From Escherichia coli (GTDB taxonomy: Bacteria > Pseudomonadota > Gammaproteobacteria > Enterobacterales > Enterobacteriaceae): a stretch of 64,000 nt of DNA. Position numbers and translations under genes: made by a program. Positions 1 through 9,008 of this stretch are shown piece by piece; position 1 is the first letter of the stretch; the number at the start of each line of letters is the position of its first letter. Below the pieces are notes generated by a model that was not told where the DNA came from, ran no database searches, and was given only the letters and a program-made list of their open reading frames with translations. The stretch lies in the NCBI RefSeq assembly GCF_024502345.1, contig NZ_JALDNN010000001.1. One strand, given 5' to 3'.

Positions 1-114
1 AGTTATTTACGCTCGCTGCAATCCTGGGACCACCATTTCCCTGGATTTGAACACGAAACTGAAGGGACTGAAATTATTGACGGTATTTACCACGTTATGT
101 GCGTGAAAGCGTAA
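1..114 (+). CDS. adiA: 3' end of biodegradative arginine decarboxylase (partial, start lies outside window)
   Basis: Frame ending at TAA 112-114 translates to ...DGIYHVMCVKA; sits upstream of adiY-adiC in the same orientation as the known adiA-adiY-adiC order. Confidence 0.6.
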   Translation, partial: SYLRSLQSWDHHFPGFEHETEGTEIIDGIYHVMCVKA

Positions 115-231
115 CCACTATTCCGCTGAAGGCGTAATTGTTTAAATAACATTACGCCGCCTGGCCTTAGGCCTTTTGAGTATGGCAACGTTTTCATAAA
201 AATTGCTGCAAACAAAAATGTCATACTTTTT

Positions 232-258
232 GCGCGGCCCCACCCCGCGCTTTTTTTT
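232..258 (+). terminator. Rho-independent terminator after adiA
   Basis: GC stem gcgcgg/ccgcgc followed by an 8-T run. Confidence 0.55.
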
Positions 259-438
259 GCCTGTTATTTATCCTGTAAAAAAATATGTACATGAGAAATT
301 ACTATAAAAATTTGTAATATTAGTAAAACTCGTTATTTTTATGCATGTTTATATTCATCATACAATTATATAACCATTTCCCGGTATCGCTTTGCTTTAG
401 CGAGAACTGGTCTTTTATTCGCACTCAGGAGTACATGT

Positions 439-1200
439 ATGAGGATTTGCAGCGACCAACCTTGTATTGTTTTATTGACTGAAAAAGATGTCTGGATAAG
501 GGTGAATGGGAAAGAACCTATTAGCCTTAAAGCTAACCATATGGCGTTATTAAATTGTGAAAATAATATTATCGACGTCTCCTCTCTTAACAACACTTTG
601 GTTGCTCATATTAGTCACGACATCATCAAAGATTACCTCCGGTTTCTGAATAAAGATCTCTCGCAAATACCAGTATGGCAACGTAGCGCTACGCCCATAC
701 TCACCCTGCCATGCCTGACGCCAGACGTCTTTCGCGTTGCCGCGCAACACAGCATGATGCCCGCAGAAACTGAGTCAGAAAAGGAACGAACACGCGCATT
801 ATTATTCACGGTGCTATCCCGTTTTCTCGACAGTAAAAAATTCCTTTCATTAATGATGTATATGTTACGTAATTGTGTAAGTGACAGCGTTTATCAAATT
901 ATTGAAAGCGATATTCACAAAGACTGGAATCTTAGTATGGTAGCCAGTTGTTTATGTCTTAGCCCAAGTCTGTTAAAGAAAAAGCTGAAAAGCGAAAACA
1001 CCAGTTATAGCCAAATAATCACCACCTGCCGCATGCGTTATGCCGTAAATGAATTAATGATGGACGGTAAAAATATCTCTCAGGTATCACAGTCCTGCGG
1101 CTACAACAGTACGTCGTACTTTATTTCTGTCTTTAAAGACTTCTACGGTATGACGCCGCTGCATTATGTTAGTCAGCACAGAGAACGCACTGTCGCCTGA
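439..1200 (+). CDS. adiY: AraC-family transcriptional activator of the arginine decarboxylase system
   Basis: 253-aa ORF with C-terminal AraC-type HTH region; position between adiA and adiC. Confidence 0.9.
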   Translation: MRICSDQPCIVLLTEKDVWIRVNGKEPISLKANHMALLNCENNIIDVSSLNNTLVAHISHDIIKDYLRFLNKDLSQIPVWQRSATPILTLPCLTPDVFRVAAQHSMMPAETESEKERTRALLFTVLSRFLDSKKFLSLMMYMLRNCVSDSVYQIIESDIHKDWNLSMVASCLCLSPSLLKKKLKSENTSYSQIITTCRMRYAVNELMMDGKNISQVSQSCGYNSTSYFISVFKDFYGMTPLHYVSQHRERTVA

Positions 1201-1336
1201 TTTTTAACCTTAACGAAGAGCTATATTAATAACGGCATCAGCGATAACCCGGTCGATAATAATTCAACTATCGAATGCAGGCGTATGATATGACGTAATT
1301 TATTGTCACGAAGCTCGCCTTCGCAGGAGTTTAATT

Positions 1337-2674
1337 ATGTCTTCGGATGCTGATGCTCACAAAGTGGGCTTAATCCCCGTCACCCTGATGGTGTCGGGGA
1401 ATATTATGGGGTCAGGTGTTTTTCTGTTACCTGCAAACCTGGCCTCTACTGGCGGGATTGCCATTTATGGATGGTTGGTGACGATTATCGGTGCACTGGG
1501 GCTCTCGATGGTATACGCCAAAATGTCGTTCCTCGACCCAAGTCCTGGTGGTTCTTACGCTTACGCCCGCCGCTGCTTTGGCCCGTTTCTCGGTTATCAA
1601 ACCAACGTCCTCTACTGGCTGGCCTGCTGGATCGGCAATATCGCCATGGTGGTCATTGGCGTAGGATATTTAAGTTACTTCTTCCCGATTCTGAAAGATC
1701 CATTGGTATTAACCATCACCTGCGTCGTGGTGCTGTGGATCTTCGTCCTGCTGAACATTGTCGGTCCGAAAATGATCACCCGTGTGCAGGCCGTTGCCAC
1801 CGTGCTGGCGCTGATCCCCATCGTCGGGATTGCCGTATTTGGCTGGTTCTGGTTTCGTGGTGAAACCTATATGGCGGCATGGAACGTCAGCGGCCTGGGC
1901 ACCTTCGGTGCAATTCAAAGTACCCTTAACGTTACGCTGTGGTCGTTCATCGGTGTGGAAAGTGCCTCCGTTGCCGCAGGTGTGGTGAAAAACCCGAAAC
2001 GCAACGTCCCTATAGCCACCATTGGTGGGGTATTGATTGCCGCCGTTTGCTATGTGCTCTCCACCACCGCGATTATGGGGATGATCCCTAATGCCGCACT
2101 GCGCGTTTCTGCCTCGCCATTCGGTGATGCCGCACGGATGGCGTTGGGTGACACCGCCGGGGCCATCGTTTCCTTCTGCGCAGCTGCGGGTTGCTTAGGT
2201 TCACTGGGCGGCTGGACATTGCTGGCGGGTCAAACGGCGAAAGCCGCTGCCGATGACGGACTGTTCCCACCGATTTTTGCCCGTGTAAATAAAGCGGGTA
2301 CGCCAGTGGCGGGGCTGATTATCGTCGGTATTTTGATGACCATCTTCCAGCTCAGCAGCATTTCACCAAACGCGACCAAAGAATTCGGTCTGGTTTCTTC
2401 CGTCTCGGTCATCTTTACACTGGTGCCATATCTTTACACCTGTGCGGCGTTACTGCTGCTCGGACACGGTCACTTTGGTAAAGCACGCCCGGCATATCTG
2501 GCAGTTACTACCATTGCCTTCCTCTACTGCATCTGGGCCGTGGTGGGGTCCGGGGCGAAAGAGGTTATGTGGTCATTTGTCACCCTGATGGTCATCACCG
2601 CCATGTATGCGCTGAATTACAACCGGCTGCATAAAAACCCGTATCCCTTAGATGCACCAATAAGCAAAGATTAA
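1337..2674 (+). CDS. adiC: Arginine:agmatine antiporter (APC superfamily)
   Basis: 445-aa polytopic membrane ORF; recognised N-terminus and length. Confidence 0.93.
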
Positions 2675-2698
2675 TTCCCCTTAATCCAGCAAAGATAA

Positions 2699-2738
2699 AA
2701 GCCAACCTTAAGAACTTAAGGTTGGCTTAATTTTGCTT
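2699..2738 (+). terminator. Hairpin terminator after adiC
   Basis: Inverted repeat gccaaccttaag/cttaaggttggc followed by a T-rich tract. Confidence 0.5.
2715..2731 (+). promoter_or_regulatory. BasR/PmrA box upstream of eptA
   Basis: Direct repeat CTTAAG-N5-CTTAAT about 47 bp upstream of the eptA ATG. Confidence 0.55.
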
Positions 2739-2777
2739 TGCGAGCATATGCGCACTTTGTTCGATGGAAACACCGTG

Positions 2778-4421
2778 ATGTTGAAGCGCCTACTAAAAAG
2801 ACCCTCTTTGAATTTACTCGCCTGGCTATTGTTGGCCGCTTTTTATATCTCTATCTGCCTGAATATTGCCTTTTTTAAACAGGTGTTGCAGGCGCTGCCG
2901 CTGGACTCGCTGCATACCGTACTGGTTTTCTTGTCGATGCCGGTCGTCGCCTTCAGCGTGATTAATATTGTCCTGACACTAAGCTCTTTCTTATGGCTTA
3001 ATCGACCGCTGGCCTGCCTGTTTATTCTGGTTGGCGCGGCTGCACAATATTTCATAATGACTTACGGCATCGTCATCGACCGCTCGATGATTGCCAATAT
3101 TATTGATACCACTCCGGCAGAAAGCTATGCGCTGATGACACCGCAAATGTTATTAACGCTGGGATTCAGCGGCGTGCTTGCTGCGCTGATTGCCTGCTGG
3201 ATTAAAATCAAACCTGCCACCTCGCGTCTGCGCAGTGTTCTTTTCCGTGGAGCCAATATTCTGGTTTCTGTACTGCTGATTTTGCTGGTAGCCGCACTAT
3301 TTTATAAAGACTACGCCTCGTTGTTCCGCAACAACAAAGAGCTGGTGAAGTCCTTAAGCCCCTCTAACAGCATTGTTGCCAGCTGGTCATGGTACTCCCA
3401 TCAGCGACTGGCAAATCTGCCGCTGGTGCGAATTGGTGAAGACGCGCACCGCAACCCGTTAATGCAGAACGAAAAACGTAAAAATTTGACCATCCTGATT
3501 GTCGGCGAAACCTCGCGGGCGGAGAACTTCTCCCTCAACGGCTACCCGCGTGAAACTAACCCGCGGCTGGCGAAAGATAACGTGGTCTATTTCCCTAATA
3601 CCGCATCTTGCGGCACGGCAACGGCAGTTTCAGTACCGTGCATGTTCTCGGATATGCCGCGAGAGCACTACAAAGAAGAGCTGGCACAGCACCAGGAAGG
3701 CGTGCTGGATATCATTCAGCGAGCGGGCATCAACGTGCTGTGGAATGACAACGATGGCGGCTGTAAAGGTGCCTGCGACCGCGTGCCTCACCAGAACGTC
3801 ACCGCGCTGAATCTGCCTGATCAGTGCATCAACGGCGAATGCTATGACGAAGTGCTGTTCCACGGGCTGGAAGAGTACATCAATAACCTGCAGGGTGATG
3901 GCGTGATTGTCTTACACACCATCGGCAGCCACGGTCCGACCTATTACAACCGCTATCCGCCGCAGTTCAGGAAATTTACCCCAACCTGCGACACCAATGA
4001 GATCCAGACCTGTACCAAAGAGCAACTGGTGAACACTTACGACAACACGCTGGTTTACGTCGACTATATTGTTGATAAAGCGATTAATCTGCTGAAAGAA
4101 CATCAGGATAAATTTACCACCAGCCTGGTTTATCTTTCTGACCACGGTGAATCGTTAGGTGAAAATGGCATCTATCTGCACGGTCTGCCTTATGCCATCG
4201 CCCCGGATAGCCAAAAACAGGTGCCGATGCTGCTGTGGCTGTCGGAGGATTATCAAAAACGGTATCAGGTTGACCAGAACTGCCTGCAAAAACAGGCGCA
4301 AACGCAACACTATTCACAAGACAATTTATTCTCCACGCTATTGGGATTAACTGGCGTTGAGACGAAGTATTACCAGGCTGCGGATGATATTCTGCAAACT
4401 TGCAGGAGAGTGAGTGAATGA
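2778..4421 (+). CDS. eptA: Lipid A phosphoethanolamine transferase
   Basis: 547-aa product from ATG 2778 (tool ORF begins 15 codons earlier); N-terminal membrane region plus sulfatase-like domain; overlaps basR start by 4 nt. Confidence 0.92.
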   Translation: MLKRLLKRPSLNLLAWLLLAAFYISICLNIAFFKQVLQALPLDSLHTVLVFLSMPVVAFSVINIVLTLSSFLWLNRPLACLFILVGAAAQYFIMTYGIVIDRSMIANIIDTTPAESYALMTPQMLLTLGFSGVLAALIACWIKIKPATSRLRSVLFRGANILVSVLLILLVAALFYKDYASLFRNNKELVKSLSPSNSIVASWSWYSHQRLANLPLVRIGEDAHRNPLMQNEKRKNLTILIVGETSRAENFSLNGYPRETNPRLAKDNVVYFPNTASCGTATAVSVPCMFSDMPREHYKEELAQHQEGVLDIIQRAGINVLWNDNDGGCKGACDRVPHQNVTALNLPDQCINGECYDEVLFHGLEEYINNLQGDGVIVLHTIGSHGPTYYNRYPPQFRKFTPTCDTNEIQTCTKEQLVNTYDNTLVYVDYIVDKAINLLKEHQDKFTTSLVYLSDHGESLGENGIYLHGLPYAIAPDSQKQVPMLLWLSEDYQKRYQVDQNCLQKQAQTQHYSQDNLFSTLLGLTGVETKYYQAADDILQTCRRVSE

Positions 4422-5086
4422 AAATTCTGATTGTTGAAGACGATACGCTGTTATTGCAGGGACTGATTCTGGCGGCGCAAACCGAAGGCTACGCGTGCGA
4501 TGGCGTGACAACCGCGCGGATGGCGGAACAAAGCCTTGAGGCCGGTCATTACAGCCTGGTGGTACTGGATTTAGGGTTACCCGACGAAGATGGACTGCAT
4601 TTTCTCGCCCGTATCCGGCAGAAAAAATATACCCTGCCGGTACTGATCCTCACCGCTCGCGATACGCTGACCGACAAAATCGCCGGGCTGGATGTCGGTG
4701 CCGATGACTATCTGGTGAAGCCTTTTGCGCTGGAAGAGTTACATGCCCGTATCCGCGCCCTGCTACGACGCCATAATAATCAGGGCGAAAGTGAGCTGAT
4801 TGTTGGCAATCTGACGCTGAATATGGGTCGCCGTCAGGTATGGATGGGCGATGAAGAGTTGATTCTGACGCCCAAAGAATATGCTCTGCTGTCACGGTTA
4901 ATGCTCAAAGCAGGCAGTCCGGTGCATCGGGAAATTCTCTACAACGACATCTATAACTGGGACAATGAACCCTCGACCAACACCCTGGAAGTGCATATCC
5001 ACAATCTGCGCGACAAAGTGGGCAAAGCCCGTATCCGCACCGTGCGCGGCTTTGGCTATATGCTTGTCGCGAATGAGGAAAACTAA
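4418..5086 (+). CDS. basR: Two-component response regulator (OmpR family)
   Basis: 222-aa ORF with receiver domain and winged-helix C-terminus. Confidence 0.95.
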   Translation: MKILIVEDDTLLLQGLILAAQTEGYACDGVTTARMAEQSLEAGHYSLVVLDLGLPDEDGLHFLARIRQKKYTLPVLILTARDTLTDKIAGLDVGADDYLVKPFALEELHARIRALLRRHNNQGESELIVGNLTLNMGRRQVWMGDEELILTPKEYALLSRLMLKAGSPVHREILYNDIYNWDNEPSTNTLEVHIHNLRDKVGKARIRTVRGFGYMLVANEEN

Positions 5087-5095
5087 TTGAATCTG

Positions 5096-6187
5096 ATGCG
5101 TTTTCTGCGCCGACCAATATCGCTGCGCCAACGGCTGATATTGACCATCGGGGCCATTTTGTTGGTGTTTGAGCTGATCAGCGTCTTCTGGCTATGGCAT
5201 GAAAGTACCGAGCAGATTCAGCTGTTTGAGCAGGCGCTACGCGACAATCGCAACAACGATCGCCACATCATGCGTGAGATCCGCGAGGCGGTCGCCAGCC
5301 TGATTGTCCCCGGCGTCTTTATGGTCAGCCTGACGCTATTTATCTGCTATCAGGCGGTACGCCGCATCACCCGCCCGCTGGCGGAGCTGCAAAAAGAGCT
5401 GGAAGCGCGCACCGCCGACAACTTAACGCCCATTGCCATTCACAGCGCCACCCTCGAAATCGAAGCGGTGGTTTCAGCGTTAAACGATCTGGTCAGTCGC
5501 CTGACCAGCACGCTGGATAACGAAAGGTTGTTTACCGCTGACGTCGCGCACGAACTGCGAACGCCACTGGCGGGGGTACGTTTGCATCTGGAACTGCTGG
5601 CGAAAACGCATCACATTGATGTAGCACCGTTAGTGGCACGGCTTGATCAGATGATGGAGAGCGTCTCCCAGCTGCTGCAACTGGCGCGTGCCGGACAGTC
5701 ATTTTCTTCCGGTAATTATCAACATGTAAAACTGCTGGAAGATGTCATTCTCCCCTCGTATGACGAACTCAGTACCATGCTCGACCAGCGACAGCAAACC
5801 CTGCTATTGCCAGAGAGCACCGCCGACATCACCGTTCAGGGTGATGCAACCCTGCTGCGGATGTTATTGCGAAACCTGGTAGAAAACGCCCATCGTTACA
5901 GCCCGCAAGGCAGCAACATTATGATTAAGCTGCAAGAAGATGGCGGAGCGGTCATGGCAGTTGAAGATGAAGGACCAGGTATTGATGAGAGTAAATGCGG
6001 GGAGTTGAGTAAAGCGTTTGTACGTATGGACAGCCGTTATGGCGGGATTGGTCTGGGGTTAAGTATTGTCAGCCGCATTACACAGTTGCATCACGGGCAG
6101 TTTTTCCTGCAAAACCGGCAAGAGACTTCCGGCACGCGGGCCTGGGTACGGCTGAAGAAAGATCAGAACGTGGCAAACCAGATATAA
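5096..6187 (+). CDS. basS: Two-component sensor histidine kinase
   Basis: HisKA H-box (ADVAHELRTPL) and ATPase motifs; start at ATG 5096 or TTG 5087. Confidence 0.92.
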   Translation: MRFLRRPISLRQRLILTIGAILLVFELISVFWLWHESTEQIQLFEQALRDNRNNDRHIMREIREAVASLIVPGVFMVSLTLFICYQAVRRITRPLAELQKELEARTADNLTPIAIHSATLEIEAVVSALNDLVSRLTSTLDNERLFTADVAHELRTPLAGVRLHLELLAKTHHIDVAPLVARLDQMMESVSQLLQLARAGQSFSSGNYQHVKLLEDVILPSYDELSTMLDQRQQTLLLPESTADITVQGDATLLRMLLRNLVENAHRYSPQGSNIMIKLQEDGGAVMAVEDEGPGIDESKCGELSKAFVRMDSRYGGIGLGLSIVSRITQLHHGQFFLQNRQETSGTRAWVRLKKDQNVANQI

Positions 6188-6252
6188 AGAAAGCTGCTGA
6201 CCACCAGCACGCTGAACACGGTAGTTAAACTTTCATAAACACGGTTTTTCAT
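6163..6252 (-). CDS. pmrR: 29-aa small membrane protein PmrR, antisense-overlapping the basS 3' end
   Basis: Manual translation gives MKNRVYESLTTVFSVLVVSSFLYIWFATF; 25-nt convergent overlap with basS. Confidence 0.7.
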   Translation of the reverse strand: MKNRVYESLTTVFSVLVVSSFLYIWFATF

Positions 6253-6296
6253 TGCACTCTCCTCCGTTAACCTGGAGGAGAGTATGCGCGTCAGAG

Positions 6297-6313
6297 ATTA
6301 AGTGAACCTTAAG
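6297..6313 (-). promoter_or_regulatory. BasR/PmrA box upstream of pmrR
   Basis: On the minus strand reads CTTAAG-N5-CTTAAT, about 45 bp upstream of the pmrR ATG. Confidence 0.5.
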
Positions 6314-6322
6314 AGTTCAATT

Positions 6323-6351
6323 GGCCTGATAAGACAGCGTTACATCAGGCC
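6323..6351. repeat. REP-like palindrome between basS/pmrR and proP
   Basis: ggcctgat...atcaggcc inverted repeat. Confidence 0.5.
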
Positions 6352-6363
6352 ATCCGTTTCAGC

Positions 6364-7866
6364 TTATTCATCAATTCGCGGATGTTGCTGCACCAGGCGG
6401 GTACGTTTCGCCTGCAAATCGGCAATCTCGTGGTCAATATCATCGATTTTCTGCTCGATATTATCGTAATGCTCGACGAGAATTTCCTTCGCTTCCTGTA
6501 TATCTGACGCCGCCGGTGTTGCACCTTTCAACGGACGATTTGCCGTCTCTTTCATGGTTACGCCGGTGATTAAACCAACCACCGCCACTACCATCAGGTA
6601 ATAGGCTGGCATCATCAGATTCTGCGAGCTTTCGACCAGCCAGGCCGCCAGTGTTGGCGTCAGACCGGCAACCAGCACCGAAATATTAAATGCCGCCGCC
6701 AGCGCGCTGTAACGGATATGCGTCGGGAACATCGCTGGCAAGGTAGAAGCCATAACGCCCGTAAAGCAGTTAAGGATCACCGCCAGCATCAGTAACCCGG
6801 CAAAAATCAGGCCGATGACGTTACTGTTAATCAGAATAAACGCCGGGATCGCCAACACAAACAGTGCAACACTACCAAGTAGCACAAACGGACGACGGCC
6901 AAAACGGTCACTCAGCAAGCCCATCACCGGCTGGACAAACAGCATACCGATCATAATGGCGATAATAATCAGCACCCCGTGGTCTTCGGAGTAATGCAGG
7001 TTATGCGACAAATAACTCGGCATATAGGTCAGCAACATGTAGTAAGTCACGTTGGTGGCAATTACCAGACCAATACATGTCAACAGGCTGCGCCAGTATT
7101 TAGTGGCAATCTCTTTAAACGAGACTTTCGGGCCATCCTGCAAACCTTCGCGGTCGCCCTGTTCCAGTTTATCAACATGCTGCTGGAACGCCGGAGTTTC
7201 TTCCAGCGCATGGCGCAGGTAAAGCCCGATAATCCCTAACGGCAGAGCAATAAAGAACGGAATACGCCAGCCCCAGTCGAGGAAGTTCGCTTCGCCGACA
7301 ATGGTCGAAATTAACACCACCACGCCCGCACCCAGCACAAACCCGGCAATAGAACCGAAGTCCAGCCAGCTGCCCATAAAGCCACGTTTACGGTCAGGGG
7401 AGTATTCCGCAACAAATATCGACGCCCCGGTATATTCACCGCCGACCGAGAAACCTTGTGCCATCTTACAGATCAACAGCAGAATCGGTGCCCAAATACC
7501 AATCGTGTCGTAGGACGGTATTAAGCCAATACAGAACGTACTGATCGACATAATCACAATAGTGATAGCGAGGATCTTCTGGCGACCATATTTATCGCCC
7601 AACATACCAAAGAAGAGTCCGCCAAGCGGTCGAATCAGAAAGGGAACGGAGAAAGTGGCAAGTGCAGCAACCATCTGCACGCTGGGGTCAGCCCCCGGGA
7701 AAAAAACTTTACCTAATGCGTAAGCAACAAAACCATAAACACCAAAATCAAACCATTCCATTGCATTACCCAGTGATGCTGCGGTAATGGCTTTACGCAG
7801 TTTACCGTCATCAATAATGGTGACATCACGAAGGGTAATTGGTTTTACTTTTTTCCTTTTCAGCAT
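6364..7866 (-). CDS. proP: Proline/glycine betaine:H+ symporter (MFS osmosensor)
   Basis: 500-aa product from internal start MLKRKKVKPITLRD; MFS topology with C-terminal coiled-coil tail. Confidence 0.95.
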   Translation of the reverse strand: MLKRKKVKPITLRDVTIIDDGKLRKAITAASLGNAMEWFDFGVYGFVAYALGKVFFPGADPSVQMVAALATFSVPFLIRPLGGLFFGMLGDKYGRQKILAITIVIMSISTFCIGLIPSYDTIGIWAPILLLICKMAQGFSVGGEYTGASIFVAEYSPDRKRGFMGSWLDFGSIAGFVLGAGVVVLISTIVGEANFLDWGWRIPFFIALPLGIIGLYLRHALEETPAFQQHVDKLEQGDREGLQDGPKVSFKEIATKYWRSLLTCIGLVIATNVTYYMLLTYMPSYLSHNLHYSEDHGVLIIIAIMIGMLFVQPVMGLLSDRFGRRPFVLLGSVALFVLAIPAFILINSNVIGLIFAGLLMLAVILNCFTGVMASTLPAMFPTHIRYSALAAAFNISVLVAGLTPTLAAWLVESSQNLMMPAYYLMVVAVVGLITGVTMKETANRPLKGATPAASDIQEAKEILVEHYDNIEQKIDDIDHEIADLQAKRTRLVQQHPRIDE

Positions 7867-8129
7867 AGCTTTCCTCGCAGAGTTGGCCCATTTCCGCAAA
7901 CGCCAGAAAAATCAGCGCGACGGCCGCAAAAGGGGAGCGGGAATTGCAGGATGCAATCTCTGTAACAAGCGTAGCGGGTTTGCTTACACCCTCCGGTTAA
8001 GGAATGTACAATCAAACCAGTTGACGCCTGAATTGGGCAGTTAGTGACCTTTTTACCCTACCAGTGTTTAAATTTGTGATCAACTTCACACATGGATTTC
8101 GTTTAGGACTCATTGATGTAACTAATTAT

Positions 8130-9008
8130 TTACGCCAAATTTACAGAGAAGATTTCCTCGACCATTGCCCCCACCAAACGCTGCGCTGAACAGAGTCGTG
8201 GCATCCCCAGCGCGACAGTTTGCCAACGTTGGGTCACTGACCAGCAAACGGGTTGTTTATCTGCCGTGGTCCACTTTCCCAGCCAACTTAAAAAATCAGC
8301 ATGATCCCCGCCCGTCGGAACGGTCGAAGAGGCAAACCACTGATGGTAATAGTGACGCGTGGTCGGGGCCGCATTGATACTTTCTGCCAGATGTTGTGTC
8401 GCTTTCACGCGCAAATCACCCAGCAACAACGCCACCGCTTGCGGGCTTCCCAGACGGCAGGCATCGCCAAATGCCCCCCAGCGCAACTCTTCGAGAACGA
8501 TAAAACAGCGCCCAGGCAACGACCAGGCGTTATACGCCCCAGCACGCCAGCGGGTAAAAATTTGCTCGCTCTGTTCACCTGCCTGCACCAGTAGGCCCCG
8601 TTGCGTTAACGCCTTTTCCTTCCAGCGACAACGGGCTGAAAACCACTCATACAAGGCGGCAATTTGCTGGGGGAGCTCCGGGAAAGCAGAGTGCTGGCGG
8701 TGATCCATTTTTTGCAGCAGTGCCAGATGCTGCGCGATCTGCGTCAGTGCCAGATGACCGGGATCCAGCATCGACGCCAGTTTTTCCACCAATGTCAAAC
8801 GCAGGCTAAGCGGCGCATTTAACATTCCGCCGTTCGTCCATGTCTGAAGCTGCACGCGCGCAAGAAGTTCCTGCATCAGTCGTTCACGAAACTGCTGCTG
8901 ATGGGCTTGTGGAAGGCGGGCATCATCGCCCTGCGCCAGATCCACTAAAAAGCGCGGATGAACCGACTCCAGCACGCGACCGGGGCCGTCCAGTAACGTC
9001 TTGGTCAA
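8130..9008 (-). CDS. yjcZ: Uncharacterised protein co-transcribed with crfC
   Basis: 292-aa ORF overlapping the crfC stop by 4 nt. Confidence 0.85.
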   Translation of the reverse strand: MTKTLLDGPGRVLESVHPRFLVDLAQGDDARLPQAHQQQFRERLMQELLARVQLQTWTNGGMLNAPLSLRLTLVEKLASMLDPGHLALTQIAQHLALLQKMDHRQHSAFPELPQQIAALYEWFSARCRWKEKALTQRGLLVQAGEQSEQIFTRWRAGAYNAWSLPGRCFIVLEELRWGAFGDACRLGSPQAVALLLGDLRVKATQHLAESINAAPTTRHYYHQWFASSTVPTGGDHADFLSWLGKWTTADKQPVCWSVTQRWQTVALGMPRLCSAQRLVGAMVEEIFSVNLA

